Source of the DNA: Octopus sinensis | Taxonomy: Eukaryota | Direction: 5' to 3' | DNA: 62,792 nucleotides | Assembly (NCBI RefSeq): GCF_006345805.1 | Contig: NW_021832261.1 | Coordinates: forward strand, 1-62,792 | In this document: positions 23,041 to 35,595 of the stretch, piece after piece | How the letters are laid out: each line of letters opens with the position of its first letter | How positions within the stretch are numbered: the first letter of the stretch is position 1 | Translations under genes and position numbers: made by a program | Notes under the pieces: generated by a model | What the model was told of the DNA's origin: nothing | Databases searched by the model: none | Seen by the model: only the letters and a program-made list of their open reading frames with translations

Positions 23041-26000
23041 CAATAATAGTTCCCTATTAGGTTACTTTAGTTTAGTTTAAATTAGTTTAGATAATATATT
23101 TTTGGGTATGTAGTCTAGGCTTTAATTATAGTTAGTCTTTATTGATATTTCTTGTTTTAATTAGTTCATTTTTAATGTATATTAATATAACAGTTTATGG
23201 TATGTTAAAACTTTAATAATTTATATTAGATTTTTTATTTTCTTTATTTATATATTTTTTTATTTTAATTTTATTTTATTATGTATTTTTATTATGCATT
23301 TGTTATATGTATTTTGGAGGATATATTATATGTTGATGGGTGTTATTTAGTGGTGTTTTTATTGAGTTTTGTATGTATGTGTGAATGTTTACGATCCCTT
23401 TGTTTTTTGTTTTTTATTTGGTATGTTGAATTGACAGATTTTATTTGGGTATTGTCAGTTATAATAAAGTATACACACCCATAACAAATATAAGTGCCCA
23501 CTTCATTCGCGCGTACATGGAATTGCATGTGAGCCTCAACATGTACACCAAACGGCCACTCCCGCCTTATACGGACAAATAAACACATACATCCCCAAAA
23601 ATGGGCGTAATCCCACTCACACCAATCATATGTATACAATTATACACACTAGAATAATACATAACTAACCCAAATATACAGAAATATTAAAAATCAGCAA
23701 CAAACCACCATCACAAATGAAACCTACACCCATACAATGACAAAACTCCCCCCTCCATACCCAATTTACACCCACATAACAATCCCAATATATTCATCCA
23801 TACATGGACGCACGTGCGTGAAGCACATGCACACAATAAATACGTACAACCCCCAATACACACTCATTACATACGTATCAAGCTCGACATCCACAGCAAT
23901 ACGCTTACACCCATTCACACCCAGATGGGTGAATTGCACAACCAGGGAACGCACACACACACGTGTGCGTATTTTGATTGTGCAACCCGTCCATATGCAT
24001 GTATGCGGGCGCGATTACATTGTTGCACATATCAACTAGCATGCATATGTACATGTGAGGGGGTACACGTACATGCCGTGCGCGTGTACCCCCTGCGTTT
24101 ATACCCGTGCGTGAATATACACATGGAGACTACCACACAGGTACAAATGTGTATAGTAATGGGAGCCCCATCACTACACTCAATGTATACTCTCACCCAT
24201 CCGCACGGATTGAAAGCGAATCTCCGGTGTATATGTTGAGGCTTATATGTAGCGCTGTGGAGTTGAACGTCGTTGAAATTGTGAATGAATGGGTGGAGTT
24301 GGGAATTGTAACCGGGTGGTGGGCTAGCGTTGCTTGGAATTGGGAATGGAATAGTGTAGTAGTAAGGCAGGTATCGAGAATAGATTGGGTTACTGCAAGT
24401 TGTTTGTTAGAGCTGCTAAGATGAGCTAAAGCTCATAATTGTATATAATAATTTATTATAGTAGTTTTATTAAAGAATCCATTCATAATAAATTTTTTTT
24501 AAGTAGTGTTGGTTTGCCACGTGGATATAGTTTTTAGTTCCATTTATTCTATTTCTCCATTCATAATTTTAAATGACGTTTACTTTCCATGGCGCGTATT
24601 TTTTTACATAAGTTATATTTCTATGGTAACGTAATTTTGGTTTGTTTTTTTTAACGGCTAAGAATTTAATTTCACTTCATAATTTGAAACTGACTTGTAA
24701 GTATGTATTTTATTTCTCCTTATGTCATATTGTTATTTTTGATATTCTGGTTAATTACGATGTATTTAATGTTGTTTTTTATTGGAGTGTTTATGTATAT
24801 GAGATTGGGTGTGAGTTTTAGTTGTATAATTATTTATCTGTATGAGTGTGGGTGTGTAAATATTGTTGTATATATCGAGTTTAGTGAGTATGTATATGCG
24901 TATATGTGAGGGAGTATATGTATCTGTTGTGTGTTGTGTGTTTTGCGTGTGTGTGTGTTTGTGTGTGAATGTGTATATGGGTTTGTTATTTAGGTTTTGG
25001 GATGTATGTGTTAATTTGTCTGTGTGGGGAGGGAGTGGGTTTTTGGTGTATATTGAGGTTTATAAGTTAGTATAGGTATGTGTATAAGTCGTGGGTCTGT
25101 GGTTTACGTGTGTGTTTTTTGTGTGTGAATGTTTAGGTTAGGGGGATTGCTATATAGGTTTGTTATAGAGTTTAGCAAAGGGAGATTTTATCGTATATGT
25201 TTTTAAGAGTTTTGGTTATTATGGGTTTTTTTTGGAATTCGTGGTAATTTGTCTATTTTCGTTGTTGATTGTTTTATTACATTGTTTCATTCATAATTTT
25301 TGAGTGGTGTTCGTTTTGCCACGTGAATATTATTTTTAATTCCATTTATTCCATTTCTCCATTCATTATTTTAAAAGATGTTCGTTTCCAGAGCTGTTAT
25401 ACTTTTTATACATATGTTAAGTTCCTTGGTAAAGTAATTTGTTTGGTGTATATGTTGAGGCTATATGTACTTGTGGGGTGTGTGAGTGGGGTGGGGTGTT
25501 TGTATTTGTTATGGGTGTGTGGTTTACGTGTGTGTATTTGTGTGTGAATGTATAGGTTAAAGGGATGCTATATAAGTATGTTATAGTGTTTAGTAAAGGG
25601 AGGTTTTATCATTTATGTTTTGTGAGTTTTAGCTTATCATGGTAGTTTTATAAAAGAATCCATTCATAATTTTTTGTTTTTTTTTGTCTGTGTGGGGTTG
25701 AGTGGGTTTTTGGAGTATATGTTGAGGTTTATATGTATGTATAGGTATGTGTAAGTGGTGTGGGTATTTGTATATGTCGTGGGTGTGTGGTTTACGTGTG
25801 GTATTTGTGTGTGAATGTTTAGGTTAGGGGGATTGCTATATAGGTATGTTATAGAGTTTAGTAAAGGGAGATTTTATCATTATATGTTTTTATGAGTTTT
25901 GGTTTATCATGGTAGGTTTGTTAAGGAATTCGTAGTAATTTGTGTCTATTTGCGATGTCTGTTGTTTTATTGCATTGTTTCATTCATAATTTTTAAGTAG

Positions 26001-26519
26001 TGTTCGTTTTACCAGTGAATATAATTTTTAATTCCATTTATTCTATTTCTCCGTTCATAATTTTAAGTGATGTCCGTTTTCTAGAGCGTGAATGTGGGTT
26101 GTATGTGTGTGTGTGCGGGAGTATGAATAAGTATTGTTTCAAGTATTTAGCTATTTATTTATTTATAGTTGCCTAGACGTTTTTATGTGTATGTATAGGG
26201 ATATATATATAGGGGTGTGATTTAGTGTATGTAGTTAGATATGGTTATATATATTAGGTTATGTGTATGGGTGTATATATAGTTTATTATTATATTATTA
26301 TTATTTTTTGTTTTGTTTTATATTTTATATTTTATATTCTATATTTTATATTTAATTGTTGATAGGTTTATTTTAGTTTATATATTGTTTATATATTGAT
26401 TTATATGGATTATATATAGGTTATATATGGATTATATATTATATTTTTTCATTCATTCACTTTATTATTTTAAAATTATTATTTTTATATTTTAAAATAT
26501 TGATATTTTAGATTGGAAG

Positions 26520-26562
26520 TCACCTGAAGATTGTCGATCAAGACGAGAAACAATTGTAGTGG
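26520..26562 (+). ncRNA. Minimal type I hammerhead ribozyme at the PLE 3' end
   Basis: Same motif; stem II has one U-G wobble (gacga) and stem I reads tcac/gtgg. Confidence 0.8.
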
Positions 26563-26720
26563 CGGTTTTTTTGACTATTTATTAAAATTTTATGTATTGA
26601 TTAAGTCTTTCCTTGTTTGTTTTGCAAAATAGTGGTTTTGTCTCTAATAATATTTTATATATATATATAATATATATATATATACATACATATATATATA
26701 TATATATTATATATATATAT

Positions 26721-26776
<56 letters not shown>

Positions 26777-26789
26777 CTATATATATATA

Positions 26790-27158
26790 CTAGCAGTATC
26801 GCCCGGCGTTGCTCGGGTTTGTAAGGGAAATAACTATAAAGCATTTTAGAGAGTTATAGCCAAAAATGGAAAAAAAATGATGGTAAATTTTTTTTAGTTA
26901 AAAAGGTCGATTTGCGTCCCCTAGACAGTCTGTGTTTTGTGTTTCTGATTCTCGACCTCATGTCGAATTATCGATTTTTTCAGAACGGGGGAACATTTCA
27001 AAATTTTTCGCTGCGTTAGTTTTGAATTATGACATTGGGCTATGTGTGTGTCAAGTTTCATAAGAATCGGTTGAAAGCCGTGGTCAGGGTGAGGGTACAA
27101 CCTAACAGACACACAGAAACACACACAGACAAACTGCCGTTTATATATAGAGAGAAGA
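26790..27158 (-). mobile_element. Non-autonomous Helitron, same family as 11746-12109
   Basis: TC start, hairpin plus CTAG end, A|T site; colinear with the first copy. Confidence 0.85.
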
Positions 27159-27162
27159 TATA

Positions 27163-27610
27163 GGCGCATACGTGGCTGTGTGGTGAGAAGCTTCCTTACC
27201 AACCACATGGCTCCAGGTTCAGTCCCACTGAGTGACACCTTGGGCCAACTAGAGCACTGTCCCTGTGAATGGATTTCGTAGAAAGAAACTGAAAGAAGTC
27301 CCTCATTATTATATATATATATATAATATATATATATATATATTATATATATATTATATATATATATGTGTGTGTTGTTGTGTGTGTGTGTGTGTGTGTG
27401 TGGTGTTTGCGTGTGGTGTGTGTGTTTGTACCCCCAGCATCACTTGACGACCGATGTTGGTGTGTTTACGTCCCCGTAACTTAGTGGTTCGGTAGAAGAA
27501 ACTGATAGAATAAATACTAGGCTTACAAAGAATAAGCCCTGGGCTCGATTTAGTCGAATAAAGGCGGTGCTCCAGCACGGTCGTATTCAAATACTGAAAC
27601 AAATAAAATG
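27163..27610 (+). mobile_element. Family B CORE-type SINE
   Basis: tRNA head, CORE-like box, internal TA/TG microsatellite, 3' tail. Confidence 0.8.
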
Positions 27611-27657
27611 ATATAAGAATTTTAATATATAAAATATACTTTACATTATTACATATG

Positions 27658-28076
27658 CTCTTTTACTCTTTTACTCCTACTTGTTTCAGTCATTTGACTG
27701 TGGCCATGCTGGAACACCGCCTTTAGTCGAGCAAATCGACCCTAGGACTTATTCTTTGTAAGCCTAGTACTTATTCTATCGGTCTCTTAAGTCGAACCGC
27801 TAAGTTACGGGGACCTAAACACACCAGCATCGGTTGTCAAGCGATATTGGGGGTGACAAACACAGACACACAAACATATACACACACATACACATATATA
27901 TATACATATATACGACAAGCTTCTTCCTGTTTCCGTCTACCAAATCCACTCACAAGGCTTTGGTCGGCCCGAGGTTATAGTAGAAGACACTTGCCCAAGG
28001 TGCCACGCAGTGGGACTGAACCCAGAACCATGTGGTTGGTAAGCAAGCTACTTACCACACAGCCACTCCTGCGCCT
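27658..28076 (-). mobile_element. Full-length family B CORE-type SINE
   Basis: From head ggcgcaggagtggctgtgtgg to tail (gagtaaaa)n. Confidence 0.9.
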
Positions 28077-28254
28077 ATATACTATATGTTAATGCAAAAA
28101 GTTTTGCTTTTTTCGACTAAATGATCACACCATCAATGGAAAGTTAAATGCCAAATTGCTAAGGCTGTTACAAAAGGCTATCATGATCAAGCGCCTAGAA
28201 TAACTGATGAACGGGGTTTTGCTTCATTAGGACAGTGGTTCAGCATACAAGTCC

Positions 28255-28588
28255 TTGGTTTCGATGGCTGCTGTACGTGACTGGCTTAGAACAGGTTGAT
28301 CACTCTCCCTATGTTAATGACTTGGTTCCATCTGATTATCAGCTGTTTCCCAACATGAAAAGACACTCGGCTTGGCACCAGTGTCACTGTGATGACGACG
28401 TCTTATCTGCTGTTGATGACTATTTCGACCTACAGGATAGCTTCTTCACGTGTGTGATCCAAGTACTACAACTACTTATGGAAGTGTGTGTACAGTGTGA
28501 GGAACTATGTTAAAAAAATGAACTTCATTTGGTAACATTCCATGAGAGAGCCTTGCTCAGGCTTTGAACATTTCAACAGACCCTCATA
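28255..28588 (+). mobile_element. Mariner DNA transposon 3' remnant
   Basis: HSPYVNDLVPSDYQLFPNMK..DDDV.SAV resembles mariner HPPYSPDLAPSDY; TIR-like gaacatttcaacagaccctca followed by TA. Confidence 0.75.
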
Positions 28589-29132
28589 ATAGTAAAAAAA
28601 TTATTATACCTGCGTTTGTTTTAACGTTAACATTGAAAAGACCCACTTCTTTTGTAAAAGAATTTAGACCTGAGTTTGCACCACCTAAGCAAATTTTGTT
28701 CCCAGACCACCGTAAAAGATGATTGTTACCTTATCGACACCTGAGTCAAAGTAAGAAAGTTGAATCGAATCAATAACAGATTATTAAATAAAGACTGCAC
28801 ATTACTATTCCCAATGGAAAAGCAATGTCCAACTATATTTTTACACTGGTTCGTTTTGGCGACGAAGACTGCAGAATATATACAAAGCGTTTTTATTTTC
28901 TATGCCAAAAGAAAGAAACAAATTAGGGGTAGGCTTACATCTCAGCATCTACTATTCCCGAACCTATACCTTTTTTTTTTAGTTTTTCGCGATTTTCTAT
29001 AAAGTGTAATGCGGGAGCAACCGACCAATATTTTTCTTGCCTATCATTAGGAATAATCTGGATCATTTCACATCGATGTAGGAAACGAAATTTCCGAGAC
29101 ACAGCTGTCTGTGAAGATATATGTATATATAT

Positions 29133-29181
<49 letters not shown>

Positions 29182-30419
29182 TGTGTGTGTGTGTGTGTGT
29201 GTGTGTGTAAAGAATAAATGTCGAAATTAAATTTTTAAAATAATTAAATTATCAAAATAGAAAAGTAGAGACATGTCGTTCAATAGATATTAAAAAAAGA
29301 TATACAGAACAAAGAAGAATTTTCTATCAAGGCTTCTCTCCTTTGCAAAAGTATACATTAGCCAAAAATAGAATAACCAATGAAAATTTATTTTTCATTA
29401 TACATCTAAGAAGTCTGCAAGTGTAGCGCATTCTCGCGCGCGCGCCCGTGTCAGAAAGGGGGAACGAGAGAGAGTGGGGAGAGCAGGTGCTACTATGGTT
29501 CTATGTTAAAACTGTAAAGGAAAATAAACACAATTAACACAGACTGTGCGTGAAACAAAATAAAGAAGAGAGAGAAACTAAGAGAGTGTGAAAGAATATA
29601 GCAGAGAATAGTATAGAGAGGAAAGCTGGAAGGAAATTGGCTTAAGTTATTAGAATAAAAAAAACTACAGAAAGTATGTATGTGTGTGTGTGTATGAGTT
29701 ATATATTTCTGTCTAATACTTGTCTAATGGCAATTATGTTGTGTGTCTGCATGCGCCTGTCTGTGTGTATGCGGGAGAATGCTGACGTTTATCCGCAGAT
29801 ATTTTCTCCTGAACTATGTATGGTACGTCAGTGTGTCTATACAAATTTCTTGTATGCAAGATTTATTGAGAAGCTATCCAATTGTGGTGAATAAGAACGG
29901 CGTATGAAGTCCGCTCCTATTTACCATCAGTTACTGGGTTCGATTTTTATATGCAAATACTCCTACAACAGATTTAGATGCGAACATGGCTCTGTAAGAA
30001 CCACGCTTTAACAACAGACATTTACGCATTTTGTAAAGTGTCTTCAAATATAGTACCGGCAGCGAATTATTTTCTTACGGGAGTTCCGGACCCCAGTAAC
30101 GAAGTCATTTGCATACAGCCAATCCGAGCGTACCTTGGCCTTGCTATCAAATTAACAAAGATTGGCATTCAAAATGGTGACCTCTGATTGTCATACGAAT
30201 CTTGTATTGTGCTCTCATCGATACTGAACACATACGCTTGTTAGCGGTAAGTCTGAATTACTATAGCAATCAAAAATAATGTTTTTGACGAATATGAAAG
30301 CACAGAATCTGATCGAAGGTTTTATAAATACACATTGCAATCAGTTCATAACTGGGGTCTGGATATCTCGTGGGAAAAAATTTCGCGTCTTGGGCCGATT
30401 ACTGCCTTGTGAGTCGATT

Positions 30420-32270
30420 TAGAAAAAGAAACAGACTACATCACGAACTTCAAACGTAAACCAAGTCTTTTTTACGGCCTTTCTAAAATACGCAAGAGCA
30501 AGATAATCAATGAAGCCTGCAAACAATCACCAGGCAAATGCATAAATATTCAAACGCTAGAAGAATTAACTTCAAGACCCATTGTAGCTGGGCCAGCCTG
30601 TGAAACCCACCACCTAACACATAAGCAATTTTCTAGACATCCTACTGAAACCCTTGCTAAAATACATCAAAAGTTTCATTAGAGACGATGTAGACATGCT
30701 AGAATACCTAACAAAAACAATTGATGAAGAGGCAATATTGGTTACCCTCGATGTTATCAATCGTTACACCAACATCCCCCATAACTATGGAATAAAAGCA
30801 ATTAAATTCTGGTTGGAAATGTAGCCCGAAGTACTGCCGGAACGCATAAATCAGATCTTTATTATTGAACCTTTAAAATTTATACATCAGAAAAATTATT
30901 TCCTATTTGATGACACATAGTATCGTCAGAATGCGGAATTGCGAAGGGAACGAAAGCAGCCCCTGTTCTTGCGAACCTGTCTGATAGAACAACTCGAGAC
31001 CTTCGTCTTCAAGACCTCAAAACGACGCTTACTGAAAGACAATATCCACCCTCACTTATAGACGAGGGAATTAAACGTGCCAAAAAATTAGACATGAAAA
31101 CACTAAGAACAACAAAACATAACACCACACCTCATCACAAACACTACTATTTATATCAAGACACAACCCCAGAAACTGTGAGGCACTCAACACTATTGTG
31201 CAAAATCTTCCTTTACTAACTACAGATCCAAAATTGAACGACATCCTGAAAACGCACAAACTCATCAAATGCCAAAAGTAACACAAATCGCTAAAGAGAC
31301 TGCTAACGAATGCGACGCTTTACAAAACAACCACGTACCCAACGGTTAAAAAATGTGGACGCCCAATCTGTGGAACCTGTCCCAACATACATGAAAGCTC
31401 GAATTTCTATTACAAACAAGGAGAGAGATTCACAATTAAAACTAGTTTCACTTGTGCCTCTGATAACCTAATTTATGTAATAACCTGCTCGAGTTGTGGA
31501 CAACTATTTTGGACAGACGAGTATGCCCTTGAGACGGAGAACCACTCTGCATAAAGGGCAAATCTATTTCCCGCAATACAGGCAAATTCATCTCAGTGAA
31601 CATATAGAAAAATGTGCAGATAGCATCAAACCAAATGTCACAGCCTTCCTCTTCTATAAACACACAATTTCCACACAAGAACGTTTATATAAAGAAACTC
31701 TTTTCATTGAAAAATACTGAACACCTCTTAAGATGTACGCATAACCAACTTTTATCTTTTTACATATTTGAGTTCACGATTACATCACTATACATAAATT
31801 CTCCCACTAAACAAGTTTTTCGAAACCCCTCTTCTCTTTATTATTTTTTTGTGTGTATATATATATTCATACTCCTCCCCTTACAAAAAGCTGAACAGCT
31901 ATCCCCTTTGCCCACAACAATAACAATAATTACGATAACCAATTATCTCCCCTTATTTTTCTACTTGTGAAGTCATTCACTCGTAAATATCATTACACAC
32001 TACATGGACAAAATTTCTTCTTAAGAAATACATATTCAAATAAGTAAACCTTAATATCATGAAAAGCGAAAGCGAAACCGGTCAATATATTAAAAATATA
32101 TTAAAAATATGAAAAGTGTGTGTATTTTCCTTTTTGGATTTCTTATATATATATATATTACAACTCACCACGTGGGGATAATCGAAATTCCTTCTTTTCT
32201 GTTACTAATATATATCGTTGTTGTGTTTTTTTGTGTTTTCTTGTTTGGATTAACTATATATATATATATA
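30420..32270 (+). mobile_element. Decayed Neptune-like PLE with internal RT deletion
   Basis: FYGLSKIRKS, RPIVAGPACETH, LDV..YTNIPH, GIAKGT.AAP.LANL, CGRPICGTC, NLIYVITCSSCG..YFGQT, ERLYKETLFI; ends at tggattaac(ta)n. Confidence 0.85.
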
Positions 32271-33000
32271 TATATATATAAGAATGAATGTTTTTATATA
32301 TAATGAACGTGAAATACAGGAAGGGACGAACACGGAACACAGACAAATCATTCGAAGCCTTCAATCTTCAGTCAGACACCGAATCATCATAGCAAATTTC
32401 GGCTGTTCAATTCTGATATTTGCTCCAACTCGGCCAGCCCCAAGAAAAAAAACTAAGCTGTAAGCATTAGATTTCTTGGTAGAAGACAGGAATGTGAACG
32501 CACAAGACGGATGTGAATACAAGAGACGAAAACGAAATTGAAAACAGTAATGAATAAACAAAATATATATAACGGTGGTTGTCATACGACTTTAGACCAA
32601 ATGAGACAAAAACAACATATATATATATATATATATCAAGAGAGAGAGAGATTTGTATGTGTTTGAGTGTTTGTTTGTCCCTCCACCATCCCTTTACAAC
32701 CGATGTTGGAGCGTTTACATACCCGTAACCTAGCGGTTAGGCAAGAGAGGCCGAGAGAACAAGTACTAGGCTTAGAAACAATAAATCCTGGGGTCGATTT
32801 GTTCGACTGAAGGCGGTGGTCCAGCATGGGAGCAGTCAAATGACTGAAACAAATAAAAGAATATGCATATATAGATATATGCATGCATATATGTGTTTAT
32901 GTACACACATATATACACATACATACATACACACACATACATACATAATACATACATACATACATACATACATACATACATACATACATACATACATACA

Positions 33001-33031
<31 letters not shown>

Positions 33032-34346
33032 GTATATATGTATGTATGTATAGAAGAAGATGAAATGAAGGCGTGTCAGAAGTAATGAGGAGAGAAACGG
33101 GATCAATACCCAAGCTGTATATAATAATCCCCGTAAAATATGTTTTAGGAACTTGTTAGAATGAGTATACATGGGCGAGTAAAAGTTTGTATGAGAGTAC
33201 ATGTGTGTATATATATATTCATACTCCTCCCCTTACAAAAAGCTGAACAGCTATCCCCTTTGCCCACAACAATAACAATAATTACGATAACAATTATCTC
33301 CCCTTATTTTTCTACTTGTGAAGTCATTCACTCGTAAATATCATTACACACTACATGGACAAAATTTCTTCTTAAGAAATACATATTCAAATAAGTAAAC
33401 CTTAATATCATGAAAAGCGAAAGCGAAACCGGTCAATATATTAAAAATATATTAAAAATATGAAAAGTGTGTGTATTTTCCTTTTTGGATTTCTTATATA
33501 TATATATATTACAACTCACCACGTGGGGATAATCGAAATTCCTTCTTTCCTGTTACTAATATATATCGTTGTTGTGTTTTTTTGTGTTTTCTTGTTTGGA
33601 TTAACTATATATATATTATATATATATATAAGAATGAATGTTTTTATATATAATGAACGTGAAATACAGGAAGGGACGAACACGGAACACAGACAAATCA
33701 TTCGAAGCCTTCAATCTTCAGTCAGACACCGAATCATCATAGCAAATTTCGGCTGTTCAATTCTGATATTTGCTCCAACTCGGCCAGCCCCAAGAAAAAA
33801 AACTAAGCTGTAAGCATTAGATTTCTTGGTAGAAGACAGGAATGTGAACGCACAAGACGGATGTGAATACAAGAGACGAAAACGAAATTGAAAACAGTAA
33901 TGAATAAACAAAATATATATAACGGTGGTTGTCATACGACTTTAGACCAAATGAGACAAAAACAACATATATATATATATATATCAAGAGAGAGAGAGAT
34001 TTGTATGTGTTTGAGTGTTTGTTTGTCCCTCCACCATCCCTTTACAACCGATGTTGGAGCGTTTACATACCCGTAACCTAGCGGTTAGGCAAGAGAGGCC
34101 GAGAGAACAAGTACTAGGCTTAGAAACAATAAATCCTGGGGTCGATTTGTTCGACTGAAGGCGGTGGTCCAGCATGGGAGCAGTCAATGACTGAAACAAA
34201 TAAAAGAATATGCATATATAGATATATGCATGCATATATGTGTTTATGTACACACATATATACACATACATACATACACACACATACATACATAATACAT
34301 ACATACATACATACATACATAATACATACATACATACATACATACA

Positions 34347-34377
<31 letters not shown>

Positions 34378-34546
34378 GTATATATGTATGTATGTATAGA
34401 AGAAGATGAAATGAAGGCGTGTCAGAAGTAATGAGGAGAGAAACGGGATCAATACCCAAGCTGTATATAATAATCCCCGTAAAATATGTTTTAGGAACTT
34501 GTTAGAATGAGTATACATGGGCGAGTAAAAGTTTGTATGAGAGTAC

Positions 34547-34555
<9 letters not shown>
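31851..34555. repeat. Near-identical ~1.35 kb tandem duplication
   Basis: actcctcccc begins at 31871 and 33223 (period 1352); the junction lies in gtgtgtatatatat. Confidence 0.92.
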
Positions 34556-34592
<37 letters not shown>

Positions 34593-35023
34593 ATATTTGT
34601 GAGTGTATGTGCACGTGGGTAGGTGTAGTTGCTAGTTGAAATGTTTCCGACGTAGAAAGAAGAGAGGAAGAGACGGGAAATATAATTAAAAGACACTTAA
34701 TAACAACAACAAACTAATAATTTAGAACGGTTGTGGTAGAAATAAAGATAGAAATTAAGAAATAAAATAATTAAAAAAAAACAAGCGGAAAGAAAAAAAA
34801 TGAAAGAAAAAAATGCAAAGCAAAACTGTGTGATACAATTACAAATGAAATACTAAAACACTGCTGAGAGCCTTTAGATATGTAGAGCGTGCAAATATAC
34901 AGAATTATCCACCAACTGAAACACAAAGAAAACAACAGGCAACCAACTTGACGCACACTGACATCAAAACCACCGCAAGGTGGGGACCTTGTGTATATAT
35001 GTACATGTGTGTCTATGTAAAAC

Positions 35024-35086
<63 letters not shown>

Positions 35087-35434
35087 ATTATAAATAAAAG
35101 CAAACGAAAAAGTAATTCCTATGCCAATATGCTGAGAAACAGACACTAAATCGTCAATCGCCACATATAATATACATCTCTATGAATACACATCGTGCTG
35201 AATTAAGGAAAGCAAGCTAACAGAATTTTTTTAATTAATGCATTTTCTCTATATTGAATCAATTTCGGGATTAACTCAACGGATTTCCCCCTCATCAGTA
35301 GAGAACAAGTGTTTATAATTTTCACTTTTAAAGGTATGCTGGCCACTTGATGAAATTTTTGAAAAAAAAAAATATCTTGTATTAGAAGTGTATACACACA
35401 CACACACATACGCACACACAGACATATACATATA

Positions 35435-35595
35435 TACGACGGGCTTCTTTCAGTTTCCGACTACCAAATCCACTCACAAGGCTTTGGTCGTTCTGAGGCT
35501 ATAGTAGAAGACATTTACCCAAGATGCCATGTAGTGGGACTGAACTCAGAACCATGTGGTTGGTAAACAAGCTACTTACCCAACTGTCACTCATA
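35435..35595 (-). mobile_element. Family B SINE 5' part
   Basis: Head and CORE-like segment. Confidence 0.75.

Larger units (their letters stand above)
14360..26658 (+). mobile_element. Penelope-like element complex: inverted arm + 5'-truncated copy + full-length copy, in (TA)n
   Basis: RT-GIY-YIG ORF, kb-scale direct and inverted repeats, three HHRs, (TA)n on both flanks. Confidence 0.92.

Noticed and set aside
14460-26658. Polinton, linear plasmid or giant DNA transposon reading of the terminal inverted repeats
   Set aside because: The only coding content is PLE RT-GIY-YIG, and the inverted arm is a copy of the internal pseudo-LTR.
29420-29500. CpG-rich patch (ctcgcgcgcgcgcccgtg) as a promoter
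   Set aside because: Short, with no linked gene; probably part of an unrecognised repeat.
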